A stretch of 35,964 bases of DNA, from positions 1 to 35,964 of IMG/VR virus record IMGVR_UViG_3300046786_000013; one strand, 5' to 3'. Below the pieces are notes generated by a model, which saw only the letters and a program-made list of their open reading frames with translations, did no database searches and was not told where the DNA came from. This document shows positions 26,977-33,641 of the stretch, piece by piece. The stretch's first letter is position 1. Each line of letters starts with the position of its first letter. The position numbers and the translations under genes are program-made. This DNA is from a virus. Lineage: Duplodnaviria > Caudoviricetes.

Positions 26977-27586
26977 CGCGGCAAAGCTCTAAGTTGCTTG
27001 AGTTGTCGCCATTAAATCGCCAATCTGCATAAACTTGCCCACGCTCCTCATCCGTCAGCCCTACCCATGTGCGCTGTGGTGGGGTGGTGTAGAGAGGAAT
27101 AGTTGGTGTATTTCCAAATTCAGATTTCTTAAATCCAACGTCATGCGCATTCATCCACGCCACAGGCTCATCCTTCGCTTCTAGTGCGGTTGATGTATTT
27201 ATTGGCGAACCAGAAGTTTTTTGTTGGTTCGCTAATTGCTCCCTTTTAAGTTCGCCATAGTTCCATACTGCTTCCCCAAGTTGCGCCTCGGTCTTAGTTA
27301 GTCGTTGTTCTAATTCGTCAATTTTATTAGCACGAATACGCGCCAGCGCATTTGCTTTACCTAGTAGGTCATGCAGTCTTCGCAATTCATCATTGGCTTT
27401 CTCATCCTTCGCTTCTAGTGCGGCTTTAATGGCGGTGATGGCTTTTTTGTATCGGTCAACAATAGGACAAGGATCAAGCCATTCATGCCTGTCTTTTTTT
27501 GCATGGTGTGCGCCATTACAGACAAACTCAATGCTTACCAATTCCAACGCCTCCAATGCAAGGCGTAATGCTTCTGTTTGTGTCAT
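26942..27586 (-). CDS. Mosaic early protein (Ea22/EaA-like modules)
   Basis: EAL.LALEAL, EPVAW, PLYT.P, WVGLTDEE and AIEAKLKEKN modules; ATGA overlap at 27586. Confidence 0.7.
   Translation of the reverse strand: MTQTEALRLALEALELVSIEFVCNGAHHAKKDRHEWLDPCPIVDRYKKAITAIKAALEAKDEKANDELRRLHDLLGKANALARIRANKIDELEQRLTKTEAQLGEAVWNYGELKREQLANQQKTSGSPINTSTALEAKDEPVAWMNAHDVGFKKSEFGNTPTIPLYTTPPQRTWVGLTDEERGQVYADWRFNGDNSSNLELCRAIEAKLKEKNT
27167..27423. repeat. 23-bp perfect direct repeats (27167-27189, 27401-27423) inside a CDS
   Basis: CTCATCCTTCGCTTCTAGTGCGG twice, 234 nt apart, encoding ALEAKDE in frame. Confidence 0.92.
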
Positions 27587-27900
27587 TTTGCTTGCCACTC
27601 CCGTTCGTTGCGTCCTGAGTTTGATTTGACGGTGTTGCCTGTCAGTTCAATCAAACCCATAATTTTCATTTCGTTTAAGCGCCTGGCGACTTGGTTGCTG
27701 TCCAACTGTGTGAAGTAAGCAATCCCGTCCTTGCCAAGTGGCCCATGCGCTACCAAACAATCTAAGATCAATTGGTGGTGTTGAGGTACTGATTCTTTGA
27801 TAGATTCTGCTGCCTCAAAAGAGGTGAGAGGATCATTTGCCCTAACTCTTGGGAATTCAGGCATGGCAAAAATGCGTTTAAATGTTTCTTTATAGTCCAT
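27583..27900 (-). CDS. Winged-helix DNA-binding protein
   Basis: R..DP.TS..AA, IL..L...GP....IA....L....V.RRL.E....GLI; AAGGAG SD. Confidence 0.7.
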   Translation of the reverse strand: MDYKETFKRIFAMPEFPRVRANDPLTSFEAAESIKESVPQHHQLILDCLVAHGPLGKDGIAYFTQLDSNQVARRLNEMKIMGLIELTGNTVKSNSGRNEREWQAK

Positions 27901-27917
27901 GATTTCTCCTTGTTGGT

Positions 27918-27958
27918 GGGGTACTCATGTTTCGTCCGCTTAAGCGCCACTTTCCCCC
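27918..27958 (-). ncRNA. Candidate loop-E-containing RNA hairpin
   Basis: Minus strand GGGG-GAAA-GUG...CGC-UUAA-GCG...CAU-GAGUA-CCCC, with an AGUA/GAA internal loop. Confidence 0.5.
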
Positions 27959-27963
27959 GTTGA

Positions 27964-28200
27964 TCAAAACTCTAAGTCATCGTCCTTTGGCAAGCCTTTG
28001 TATTCTTCTTTAGTTTTTGGTGTATTGAGATAACTCCATCCTGACCAACCACCCTCAACCAAAGGAATCATGTCCAATTTCATCATTGGGCCGTTCTTGG
28101 TTTCAATGACCGAGCCAATGGTTTGGTAACGTGATTTTTCTTGACCGTCTTTATTGGTGTATTTACCTGTAACTACGGTAATTTCATAAAGTTTAGACAT
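27964..28200 (-). CDS. Small SSB-like protein
   Basis: Y..KDG.EK.R...IG beta-rich core and acidic tail DDDLEF; downstream of the exonuclease. Confidence 0.6.
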   Translation of the reverse strand: MSKLYEITVVTGKYTNKDGQEKSRYQTIGSVIETKNGPMMKLDMIPLVEGGWSGWSYLNTPKTKEEYKGLPKDDDLEF

Positions 28201-28819
28201 TCTTGACTTTCATAAGTTTGTTGATCTTGTCATCCAATTCAGCAATGAATTTGACGATTTCTGCTTCTGCTTGTTTGATAAACACATCATCCCGTGGGAC
28301 TCGCTTCACAAACAATTGAAGTTCTGCGGGTAGGCGATTGTCAAAGCTGACAAAATCGCACCATTCACGCCCTGTGCAAGCCATCTGAAATTGCATCTGC
28401 GTAAAATATTTGGTTGGAACAGATTGAGTTAATAAAGTCTCAATATGTGTATTCGTCTGGGGGCATTTGCATTCAATCAATCCATCATCGCCCACAAGCC
28501 CATCAGGAGACGCACCAGCCATTTGAATTGATGGGTGAGGCACAAACCCTACTTCATCAACTAAAACGTCTTTAAGCGCCTCATAAGCGGCTCTGGCTAA
28601 CGGTTCTGTTTCTGTGCCGTGTTGCATGGCAGCGTTGGTAAAACTCTCTGCCTTTTGGTTTGTCAGGCGTTCGCACACAAGTTGAGCCATGTAGTTTTCA
28701 CGACTTGTGGAATAGCCTGATTTGGTCTTGGCAAGAATGTCAGCAACACGGGAGGCTGTGACCTTGCCGACACGAACTTGAAACCAAGCCTCCGATCCTT
28801 GATCCATCATTTCAATCAT
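28193..28819 (-). CDS. YqaJ-like (lambda-type) exonuclease
   Basis: QGS..W...R.G.VTAS, AM.HG...EP.AR, ASPDGL, E.KCP, Q.Q.QM motifs. Confidence 0.93.
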   Translation of the reverse strand: MIEMMDQGSEAWFQVRVGKVTASRVADILAKTKSGYSTSRENYMAQLVCERLTNQKAESFTNAAMQHGTETEPLARAAYEALKDVLVDEVGFVPHPSIQMAGASPDGLVGDDGLIECKCPQTNTHIETLLTQSVPTKYFTQMQFQMACTGREWCDFVSFDNRLPAELQLFVKRVPRDDVFIKQAEAEIVKFIAELDDKINKLMKVKNV

Positions 28820-29219
28820 TTTTTAACTCCAAATTATGTGTTTCTAAATAGAATTCAAGTTCCATCATTGATTGCCTACCCATGTTTGGAATCTTTGCCA
28901 CTTTTATTCTTGGGTATTGCAACAAATCATGCAATGTATAAATACCTTCAGCACGCAAACAATTTTTTACTCTAGTTGACAAAGACAAATGATCAATCTT
29001 TTTGATAATTATTGAATCGTTGCCAATTGATTTTTCAAATATTTTTTTTGTTTTAAGCATGACAGAAGCCATGTTGTAAGCATTAAAAGCAACACGTTCA
29101 AAATCTTTTTCTGTTGAGTCAGTTGCTATGTTTCTGTTGTAGTTATTAACTTGGTCTGCCATGATGATTGGCAATGCACGACCAGCAAAATAATCAAGCA
29201 ATGTAATTTCTTTGTTCAT
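28812..29219 (-). CDS. Phage N-domain fused to an RNA polymerase alpha-CTD-like domain
   Basis: TL.DYFA..A....AY..A..ML N-domain; IDHLSLSTRVKNCLRAEGIYTLHDLL......KIPNMGRQS matches the alpha-CTD pattern. Confidence 0.8.
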   Translation of the reverse strand: MNKEITLLDYFAGRALPIIMADQVNNYNRNIATDSTEKDFERVAFNAYNMASVMLKTKKIFEKSIGNDSIIIKKIDHLSLSTRVKNCLRAEGIYTLHDLLQYPRIKVAKIPNMGRQSMMELEFYLETHNLELKND

Positions 29220-29308
29220 AGTGGTGCGTCCTCATAGTTATCAGGGTTGAACTTGGGGCGCTTTGTCCCCTTGTCCTTTGGGTTTGGGTATGGTGGGAAA
29301 GGCCACAT
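29216..29308 (-). CDS. Small Pro-rich peptide (30 aa), not in the ORF track
   Basis: MWPFPPYPNPKDKGTKRPKFNPDNYEDAPL; TAATG overlap upstream and ATGA overlap downstream. Confidence 0.65.
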   Translation of the reverse strand: MWPFPPYPNPKDKGTKRPKFNPDNYEDAPL

Positions 29309-29913
29309 TACAATTTTGCCTTTGCTTCATCTTTGGCGGCAATCACTTTGAGTTGCCAAGCCTTGTCACCATCACAAGCTGAGTAAGCTATTTTGTAGGC
29401 CACTTTAAGTTCATCTTGCGTTTTGGCATTGTGAATGGCATCAAACAATGCAATCATGCTGTCTGGCTCAATATTTGATGGCGCAACAAAATGAGTTTGT
29501 GCATCAGAATCATTGTCGCCCTCTGTGGGAATTGCAAACGCTTGGAATGCAGCATATTTGTAAGCGGCTGACATAGCTTTATTGGTTGCTTTGTCACCGC
29601 TGTCCATTGCTTCACCAAATGTTTTTACTGTATGTTTTGTTCCATCTTCAGAACTGACAAAATCAAATTCAGCTTCAACAGTTACATAAAACAATGAGCC
29701 GCCACTTTTTGACAATCGTTCATCGCAATGGCGTGACAACATACGAGGCAAAATGCACAATTTATGGGTAGCCAATAAAGGTGCAATAGCGTTATAGACA
29801 TCATCAATGCCACGAAAGTTATAACCACTACCTTGTTGGTTTCTACGGTTTTTTTCAATACCAGTCTTAGCTAAGTCTGATTGAATGGCGTTGATTGCTT
29901 GATAGACTTTCAT
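29308..29913 (-). CDS. erf: ERF-family single-strand annealing protein
   Basis: N..Q.YNFRGIDDV, GEAMDSGDKATNKAMSAAYKYA, F.IPTE.D.D motifs. Confidence 0.9.
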   Translation of the reverse strand: MKVYQAINAIQSDLAKTGIEKNRRNQQGSGYNFRGIDDVYNAIAPLLATHKLCILPRMLSRHCDERLSKSGGSLFYVTVEAEFDFVSSEDGTKHTVKTFGEAMDSGDKATNKAMSAAYKYAAFQAFAIPTEGDNDSDAQTHFVAPSNIEPDSMIALFDAIHNAKTQDELKVAYKIAYSACDGDKAWQLKVIAAKDEAKAKL

Positions 29914-30095
29914 TATTCTTCCTTTAAATAAGCCGTGAGGCGTTTGATTCGGTCTGAGTGATAGTCAGCCATGCGTCTTGCATATTCCTGTGCGCTGAGA
30001 GCCTCTAACAGCTTGCGTTGGGCTTGTTCCAATTCTTTTGCAGCCAGTTCTTTAGCTGATGGCAAGCGCCAGTATTCTTTAATGTGTTCAATCAT
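29913..30095 (-). CDS. Hypothetical coiled-coil protein
   Basis: MIEHIKEYWRLPSAKELAAKEL; GGAGG SD; TAATG coupling to erf. Confidence 0.7.
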   Translation of the reverse strand: MIEHIKEYWRLPSAKELAAKELEQAQRKLLEALSAQEYARRMADYHSDRIKRLTAYLKEE

Positions 30096-30097
30096 GA

Positions 30098-30190
30098 TCA
30101 ACCCCTCCATGCCAACATTACGCCCCAACCGCCAAAGATGACGATTGCCAAAACACATTCAATCAATGTGGTGATAATTTTTTGTTTCAT
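30098..30190 (-). CDS. Small membrane peptide (30 aa), not in the ORF track
   Basis: MKQKIITTLIECVLAIVIFGGWGVMLAWRG; GGAGG SD, ATGA overlap. Confidence 0.6.
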   Translation of the reverse strand: MKQKIITTLIECVLAIVIFGGWGVMLAWRG

Positions 30191-30444
30191 ACGGCCTCCA
30201 AAGAAAAGTGTGATTTGGCTTCTTGCATCAAGCGGTTGTATTCGTCTTGGGGAATGTCATAAGTGATGTGCTTGCCCTGTTGATCAAAAACAAACACATC
30301 AAAGACTTCTGCATAGTCTGGTGCGTAGGGGTAATTGATTTCTTCTGGCAAATAGTCGTAGCCGACTGTTACGGTTTCAACAGTTTTACCGTTGTCGTAG
30401 GACACGACATTTTCAAAGCTGTGTTGGAGTTGAGTTGCTTGCAT
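30187..30444 (-). CDS. Acidic hypothetical protein
   Basis: GAGGA SD before MQATQLQH; Asp/Glu/Tyr-rich. Confidence 0.65.
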   Translation of the reverse strand: MQATQLQHSFENVVSYDNGKTVETVTVGYDYLPEEINYPYAPDYAEVFDVFVFDQQGKHITYDIPQDEYNRLMQEAKSHFSLEAV

Positions 30445-30454
30445 GATGTGATCC

Positions 30455-30718
30455 TCAAGCAAACTTGCTGATAAATGTGTTCAGCTTGCGAACTTGGCTA
30501 ACAGCCCACTTGCGTTGGTCAGGGCCATTCTCGCCAATGTAATCTTCATTGTTTAAGTGACCATCTTCATGAAAGCAGCTAAGAACATATTTAGCTTCAT
30601 GCACGATTTCAGCGTCTGTGTAATCGTTAACTGCTTTGTTATCGTCACGGGCAATTTGTTGAAGCGTGTTAGCTAACTCATCGATTGCCATTGCTGATTT
30701 GATAATTAAACGTGTCAT
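30455..30718 (-). CDS. Hypothetical protein, first gene of the leftward operon
   Basis: AGGAG SD, directly downstream of the leftward promoter. Confidence 0.7.
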   Translation of the reverse strand: MTRLIIKSAMAIDELANTLQQIARDDNKAVNDYTDAEIVHEAKYVLSCFHEDGHLNNEDYIGENGPDQRKWAVSQVRKLNTFISKFA

Positions 30719-30764
30719 CTTGATTTCTCCTAAATAGACCCCAAGAAGTTCAGGGCATGGTGTA

Positions 30765-30792
30765 ATTATAAGCGGTCTTATGGGTAAGTCAA
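30765..30792 (-). promoter_or_regulatory. Leftward early promoter with overlapping operator
   Basis: Minus strand TTGACT-16 nt-TATAAT; palindrome ATAAG-CGGT-CTTAT at 30768-30781. Confidence 0.8.
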
Positions 30793-30850
30793 CAACTATT
30801 TCAAATTATTTTGTAGGGACAAACCCTTATGTTGCTTTTATGCAAATGTG

Positions 30851-30865
30851 TATAATGTGGCTTAT
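30851..30865 (+). promoter_or_regulatory. Rightward -10 element and second operator; probable leaderless cro mRNA
   Basis: TATAAT 7 nt before ATG 30864, no SD; ATAAT-GTGG-CTTAT matches the operator half-sites with one mismatch. Confidence 0.65.
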
Positions 30866-31019
30866 GGATAAAAACAAGTTTATTGCACTAGCAGGCTCAC
30901 AGGATGAGCTTGCCAAACTGTTGGGCATAAGCCAGGCGGCTGTTTCCCAATGGAAAACTGTGCCTCAAGCTAGGGTGTGGCAATTAAAGTTGTTGCGTCC
31001 CGAATGGTTTATGGATTAA
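30864..31019 (+). CDS. cro: Cro-like HTH repressor
   Basis: MDK..FI..AGSQDELAKLLGISQAAVSQW..VP..R..QL P22-Cro/YdaS pattern. Confidence 0.85.
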   Translation: MDKNKFIALAGSQDELAKLLGISQAAVSQWKTVPQARVWQLKLLRPEWFMD

Positions 31020-31027
31020 GATTGTTT

Positions 31028-31104
31028 GAAACACGGCTAGGTTGGACTAATTACCCAACTGAAAAGAGTTCCTCCCTCTCCTGCCGCAGTTTCTTCTTAG
31101 GGGG
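31028..31104 (+). ncRNA. Candidate three-way-junction RNA in the leader of the replication gene
   Basis: GAAAC/GTTTC and CGGC/GCCG outer stems, GTTGG/CCAAC and AGAG/CTCT hairpins; loop TTCCTCC complementary to downstream AGGGGG. Confidence 0.55.
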
Positions 31105-31123
31105 TGTTTTTAAAAGGCGAGCT

Positions 31124-31891
31124 ATGTTTTATTACCAGTTCAATATTGGTGACTACCAAAGTCACACTTCACACCTTTCCGAAATGGAAGATTTGGCTTA
31201 CAGGCGTTTGCTTGATTGGTACTATCTTCACGAAACACCAATACCGCTTGAAATAAACGAGGTTGCAAGACAAATTCGTATGCGTTCGCATACCGATTGC
31301 ATTGCGAATGTATTGCTAGAATATTTTGAGCGCATAGCGAATGGATGGGTTCATCACAGGGCAAATAAAGAGATTGCCAAGGCGGGTGACAAGAGTGAAA
31401 AGGCTAGTGCAAGTGCAAAAGCTAGATGGGGTAAAAAGGATGCGAACGCATTGCAAACGCAATCCGAAGGCAATGCTACACATAACCCATTACCCATAAC
31501 ACAAGACACATTACCCATAACCCAAGATTTAGATGCTTACGCATCTTTGTCGGCAGAGGGTCTGCCCGACTGCCCACACAAAGAAATTTTGATTCTTTAC
31601 AAAAAGCATTTGTCCAACCTATCTCAACCAAGGGTTTGGGAAGGATCACGACAGGCCAATCTCAGACAGCGTTGGAAGCAAGCAGCCAAGCCATCAAATT
31701 ATTCGCCTGAAGGTTACAAAACCATGCAAGATGGTTTGAAGTGGTGGGATTCATTTTTTGCTTACATTGCCAACGACACAAAACTGGCGACTGGCTTTCA
31801 AACTAAAGACAGAACATGGTTGCCTGACCTTGAGTGGATTGTTAACGCCACAAACTTTGCCAAAATTATTGATGGGAAATATGCCAAATGA
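31124..31891 (+). CDS. Replication initiator, DUF1376/YdaU family
   Basis: YYQFNIGDY...T.HLS..E..AYRRLLD.YY..E.P N-domain; W.PDLEW....NF.KII.GKY C-domain. Confidence 0.85.
   Translation: MFYYQFNIGDYQSHTSHLSEMEDLAYRRLLDWYYLHETPIPLEINEVARQIRMRSHTDCIANVLLEYFERIANGWVHHRANKEIAKAGDKSEKASASAKARWGKKDANALQTQSEGNATHNPLPITQDTLPITQDLDAYASLSAEGLPDCPHKEILILYKKHLSNLSQPRVWEGSRQANLRQRWKQAAKPSNYSPEGYKTMQDGLKWWDSFFAYIANDTKLATGFQTKDRTWLPDLEWIVNATNFAKIIDGKYAK
31440..31529. repeat. Candidate replication origin iterons inside the initiator gene
   Basis: Three 11-mers (TGCGAACGCAT, TGCAAACGCAA, TCCGAAGGCAA), then seven tandem heptamers CA(T/A)nA(C/T)n at 31481-31529. Confidence 0.6.
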
Positions 31892-32115
31892 CATTTGCTA
31901 AACCAACCAAATACGAAATTCCTGATGACCGCAACACAAACCTTTGCTCTGTGCCTGGTTGCACAAACCTTTGGTCAGTCAAAATTGACGCACCAAAATG
32001 TTCATTTCATCAATGGAATACTGCTTACAAACCAAAGCCAAAAGCGCTGCCAGAGTTAAAGGCTAAGACCGTGACGCAATGGTATGACGAGCAACAAGCA
32101 GAGGACGAGTTTTAA
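31888..32115 (+). CDS. Small Cys/His protein
   Basis: CSVPGC...W......CSFH putative Zn site; ATGA-coupled to the initiator. Confidence 0.7.
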   Translation: MTFAKPTKYEIPDDRNTNLCSVPGCTNLWSVKIDAPKCSFHQWNTAYKPKPKALPELKAKTVTQWYDEQQAEDEF

Positions 32116-32945
32116 TGTCATGGCTAATCAGCAAAACCTTAATGAACTCGCTTTGTTCGCAGGGGCAGGCGGTGGAATCCTTGGCGGGAAACTTCTCGGA
32201 TGGCGAACAGTCTGTGCCGTTGAATGGGAACAATATCCCGCAAGCGTATTGTGCGCCCGACAAAATGACGGGCTTCTCCCGCCTTTCCCGATTTGGGATG
32301 ACGTACAAACCTTTGACGGACGACCTTGGAGAGGAATTGTGCAAGTTGTATCGGGAGGCTTTCCTTGTCAGGACATTTCCGCTGCCGGAAAAGGAGTTGG
32401 AATTGAAGGAGAACGCTCCGGAATGTGGCGAGAAATGGCACGGATCATTCGTGAAGTGGGACCCCGATTCGTGTTCGTGGAAAACTCACCAATGCTTACT
32501 TCTAGGGGACTTGGACGAGTTCTCGGAGACTTGGCCACAATGGGGTTTGATGCGAGATGGGGAGTGTTGGGAGCAGCGGACGTTGGAGCAAACCATCAGA
32601 GGGACAGAATCTGGATTGTCGCCAAATGGCGTGGACAGCTTTCACACACCCAACACAACAGGATTAGACGGTGGGAGCAACAGCAGAAAAGCATTAAAGA
32701 AAAGACAAGAGAAATTTCCTACGCCAACTTGTCACAATTCAAACGAGAAGGGGAGTCCATCGGAGTTCAAGAGACAGTCACCGGGTCTTGGAACAGTTGT
32801 TTTAGTAGACAAGAACAAGACTGGTGGAATATTGAACCCAACGTGGGTAGAGTGGCTGATGGGGTGGCCGCTAGGGTGGACAGACTTAAAGCCATTGGAA
32901 ACGGACAAGTTCCATTGTGTGCAGCAACAGCCTGGAGAATCCTAA
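32115..32945 (+). CDS. C5-methyltransferase beta polypeptide (overlapping +1 frame; motif IX)
   Basis: 276-codon open frame, TAATG-coupled start with GAGGA SD; FHTP/FPTP motifs and LNPTWVEWLMGWPLGWTD (motif IX-like). Confidence 0.75.
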   Translation: MSWLISKTLMNSLCSQGQAVESLAGNFSDGEQSVPLNGNNIPQAYCAPDKMTGFSRLSRFGMTYKPLTDDLGEELCKLYREAFLVRTFPLPEKELELKENAPECGEKWHGSFVKWDPDSCSWKTHQCLLLGDLDEFSETWPQWGLMRDGECWEQRTLEQTIRGTESGLSPNGVDSFHTPNTTGLDGGSNSRKALKKRQEKFPTPTCHNSNEKGSPSEFKRQSPGLGTVVLVDKNKTGGILNPTWVEWLMGWPLGWTDLKPLETDKFHCVQQQPGES

Positions 32946-32959
32946 GTGAATCATTATGA
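32120..32959 (+). CDS. C5 cytosine DNA methyltransferase alpha polypeptide
   Basis: Motif I LFAGAGG, IV GGFPCQDIS, VI ENS, VIII HQRDRIWIVA, X RLKAIGNGQVP; no motif IX in this frame. Confidence 0.92.
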   Translation: MANQQNLNELALFAGAGGGILGGKLLGWRTVCAVEWEQYPASVLCARQNDGLLPPFPIWDDVQTFDGRPWRGIVQVVSGGFPCQDISAAGKGVGIEGERSGMWREMARIIREVGPRFVFVENSPMLTSRGLGRVLGDLATMGFDARWGVLGAADVGANHQRDRIWIVAKWRGQLSHTQHNRIRRWEQQQKSIKEKTREISYANLSQFKREGESIGVQETVTGSWNSCFSRQEQDWWNIEPNVGRVADGVAARVDRLKAIGNGQVPLCAATAWRILSESL

Positions 32960-33182
32960 AGCAAACAGAATCCTTGATCGGGTCAGAGAAGGCCAGCAAT
33001 TTAGCCACTTTGTCATCACAAGAGCGCTTGAACTTACAGGAGATTATGAGGAACGCAGAAGCTGTGGAGTGGATCAAACGCTACCGCAAGAAAGCCTTGG
33101 AGGAGGGCAGGGGCGAAGCGCAATACTGGTGGCAACAGACGCTGATTCACATAGCCCAGAGGCGTGGGCAAGCTGCCGCTGA
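32946..33182 (+). CDS. Hypothetical protein (overlaps the next ORF)
   Basis: GTG immediately after the beta-frame stop with GGAG upstream; protein-like N-terminal half NHYEANRILDRVREG...ALELTGD. Confidence 0.45.
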   Translation: MNHYEANRILDRVREGQQFSHFVITRALELTGDYEERRSCGVDQTLPQESLGGGQGRSAILVATDADSHSPEAWASCR

Positions 33183-33225
33183 TGACCTACGCCAACGCAT
33201 GAACGAACAGAAAGACAAGAAATGA
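32956..33225 (+). CDS. Hypothetical protein
   Basis: ATGA-coupled at both ends; EA.EW..RY...RRG..AAD.LR motif. Confidence 0.65.
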   Translation: MKQTESLIGSEKASNLATLSSQERLNLQEIMRNAEAVEWIKRYRKKALEEGRGEAQYWWQQTLIHIAQRRGQAAADDLRQRMNEQKDKK

Positions 33226-33641
33226 TCCAAATAATGTTCACGGTGTACGGTGAGCCTGTTGCCAAGGGCAGACCAAGGTTTTCCACAAGGGGAAAGTTTC
33301 CTGTTGCTTACACCCCTGAAAAGACAAAAACCTACGAATCTGAGGTTGGAATGATGGCAAAGGCCGCAATGGGTGCTTCAGAAGCCTTAGAAGGGGCTTT
33401 AGAGGCGTTTATTTACGTTACCTTTGCCGTTCCAGCCAGTTACTCAAAAAAACGCACAGAGGCCTGTTTATCAGATTTGGAAAAACACACCAAACGTCCA
33501 GACCTTGACAACGTAATTAAGTTAATTTTTGATGGAATGAATGGAATTGTGTTTAAAGACGATTCTCAAATAACGTCAATTCATGCCACAAAGGTTTATG
33601 GTGAAGTTCCCAAGGTAGAAGTTTTAGTGAGGCAAGCGTGA
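33222..33641 (+). CDS. rusA: RusA-like Holliday junction resolvase
   Basis: G.PV.KGRPR, PDLDN.IK...DG.NG....DD.QI catalytic motifs. Confidence 0.9.
   Translation: MIQIMFTVYGEPVAKGRPRFSTRGKFPVAYTPEKTKTYESEVGMMAKAAMGASEALEGALEAFIYVTFAVPASYSKKRTEACLSDLEKHTKRPDLDNVIKLIFDGMNGIVFKDDSQITSIHATKVYGEVPKVEVLVRQA

Noticed and set aside
26711-27423. Direct repeats as a CRISPR mini-array or att sites
   Set aside because: Only two copies of each, about 230 nt apart and protein-coding; no cas or integrase gene.
30977-31123. 49-aa N-terminal extension of the replication initiator in the ORF track
   Set aside because: The family motif starts at MFYYQ (31124); the extension overlaps cro and the structured leader.
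32084-32959. Methyltransferase as a frameshifted pseudogene or assembly error
   Set aside because: Both frames are open end to end with their own starts, and motif X returns in the alpha frame after motif IX in beta, which a single frameshift cannot explain.
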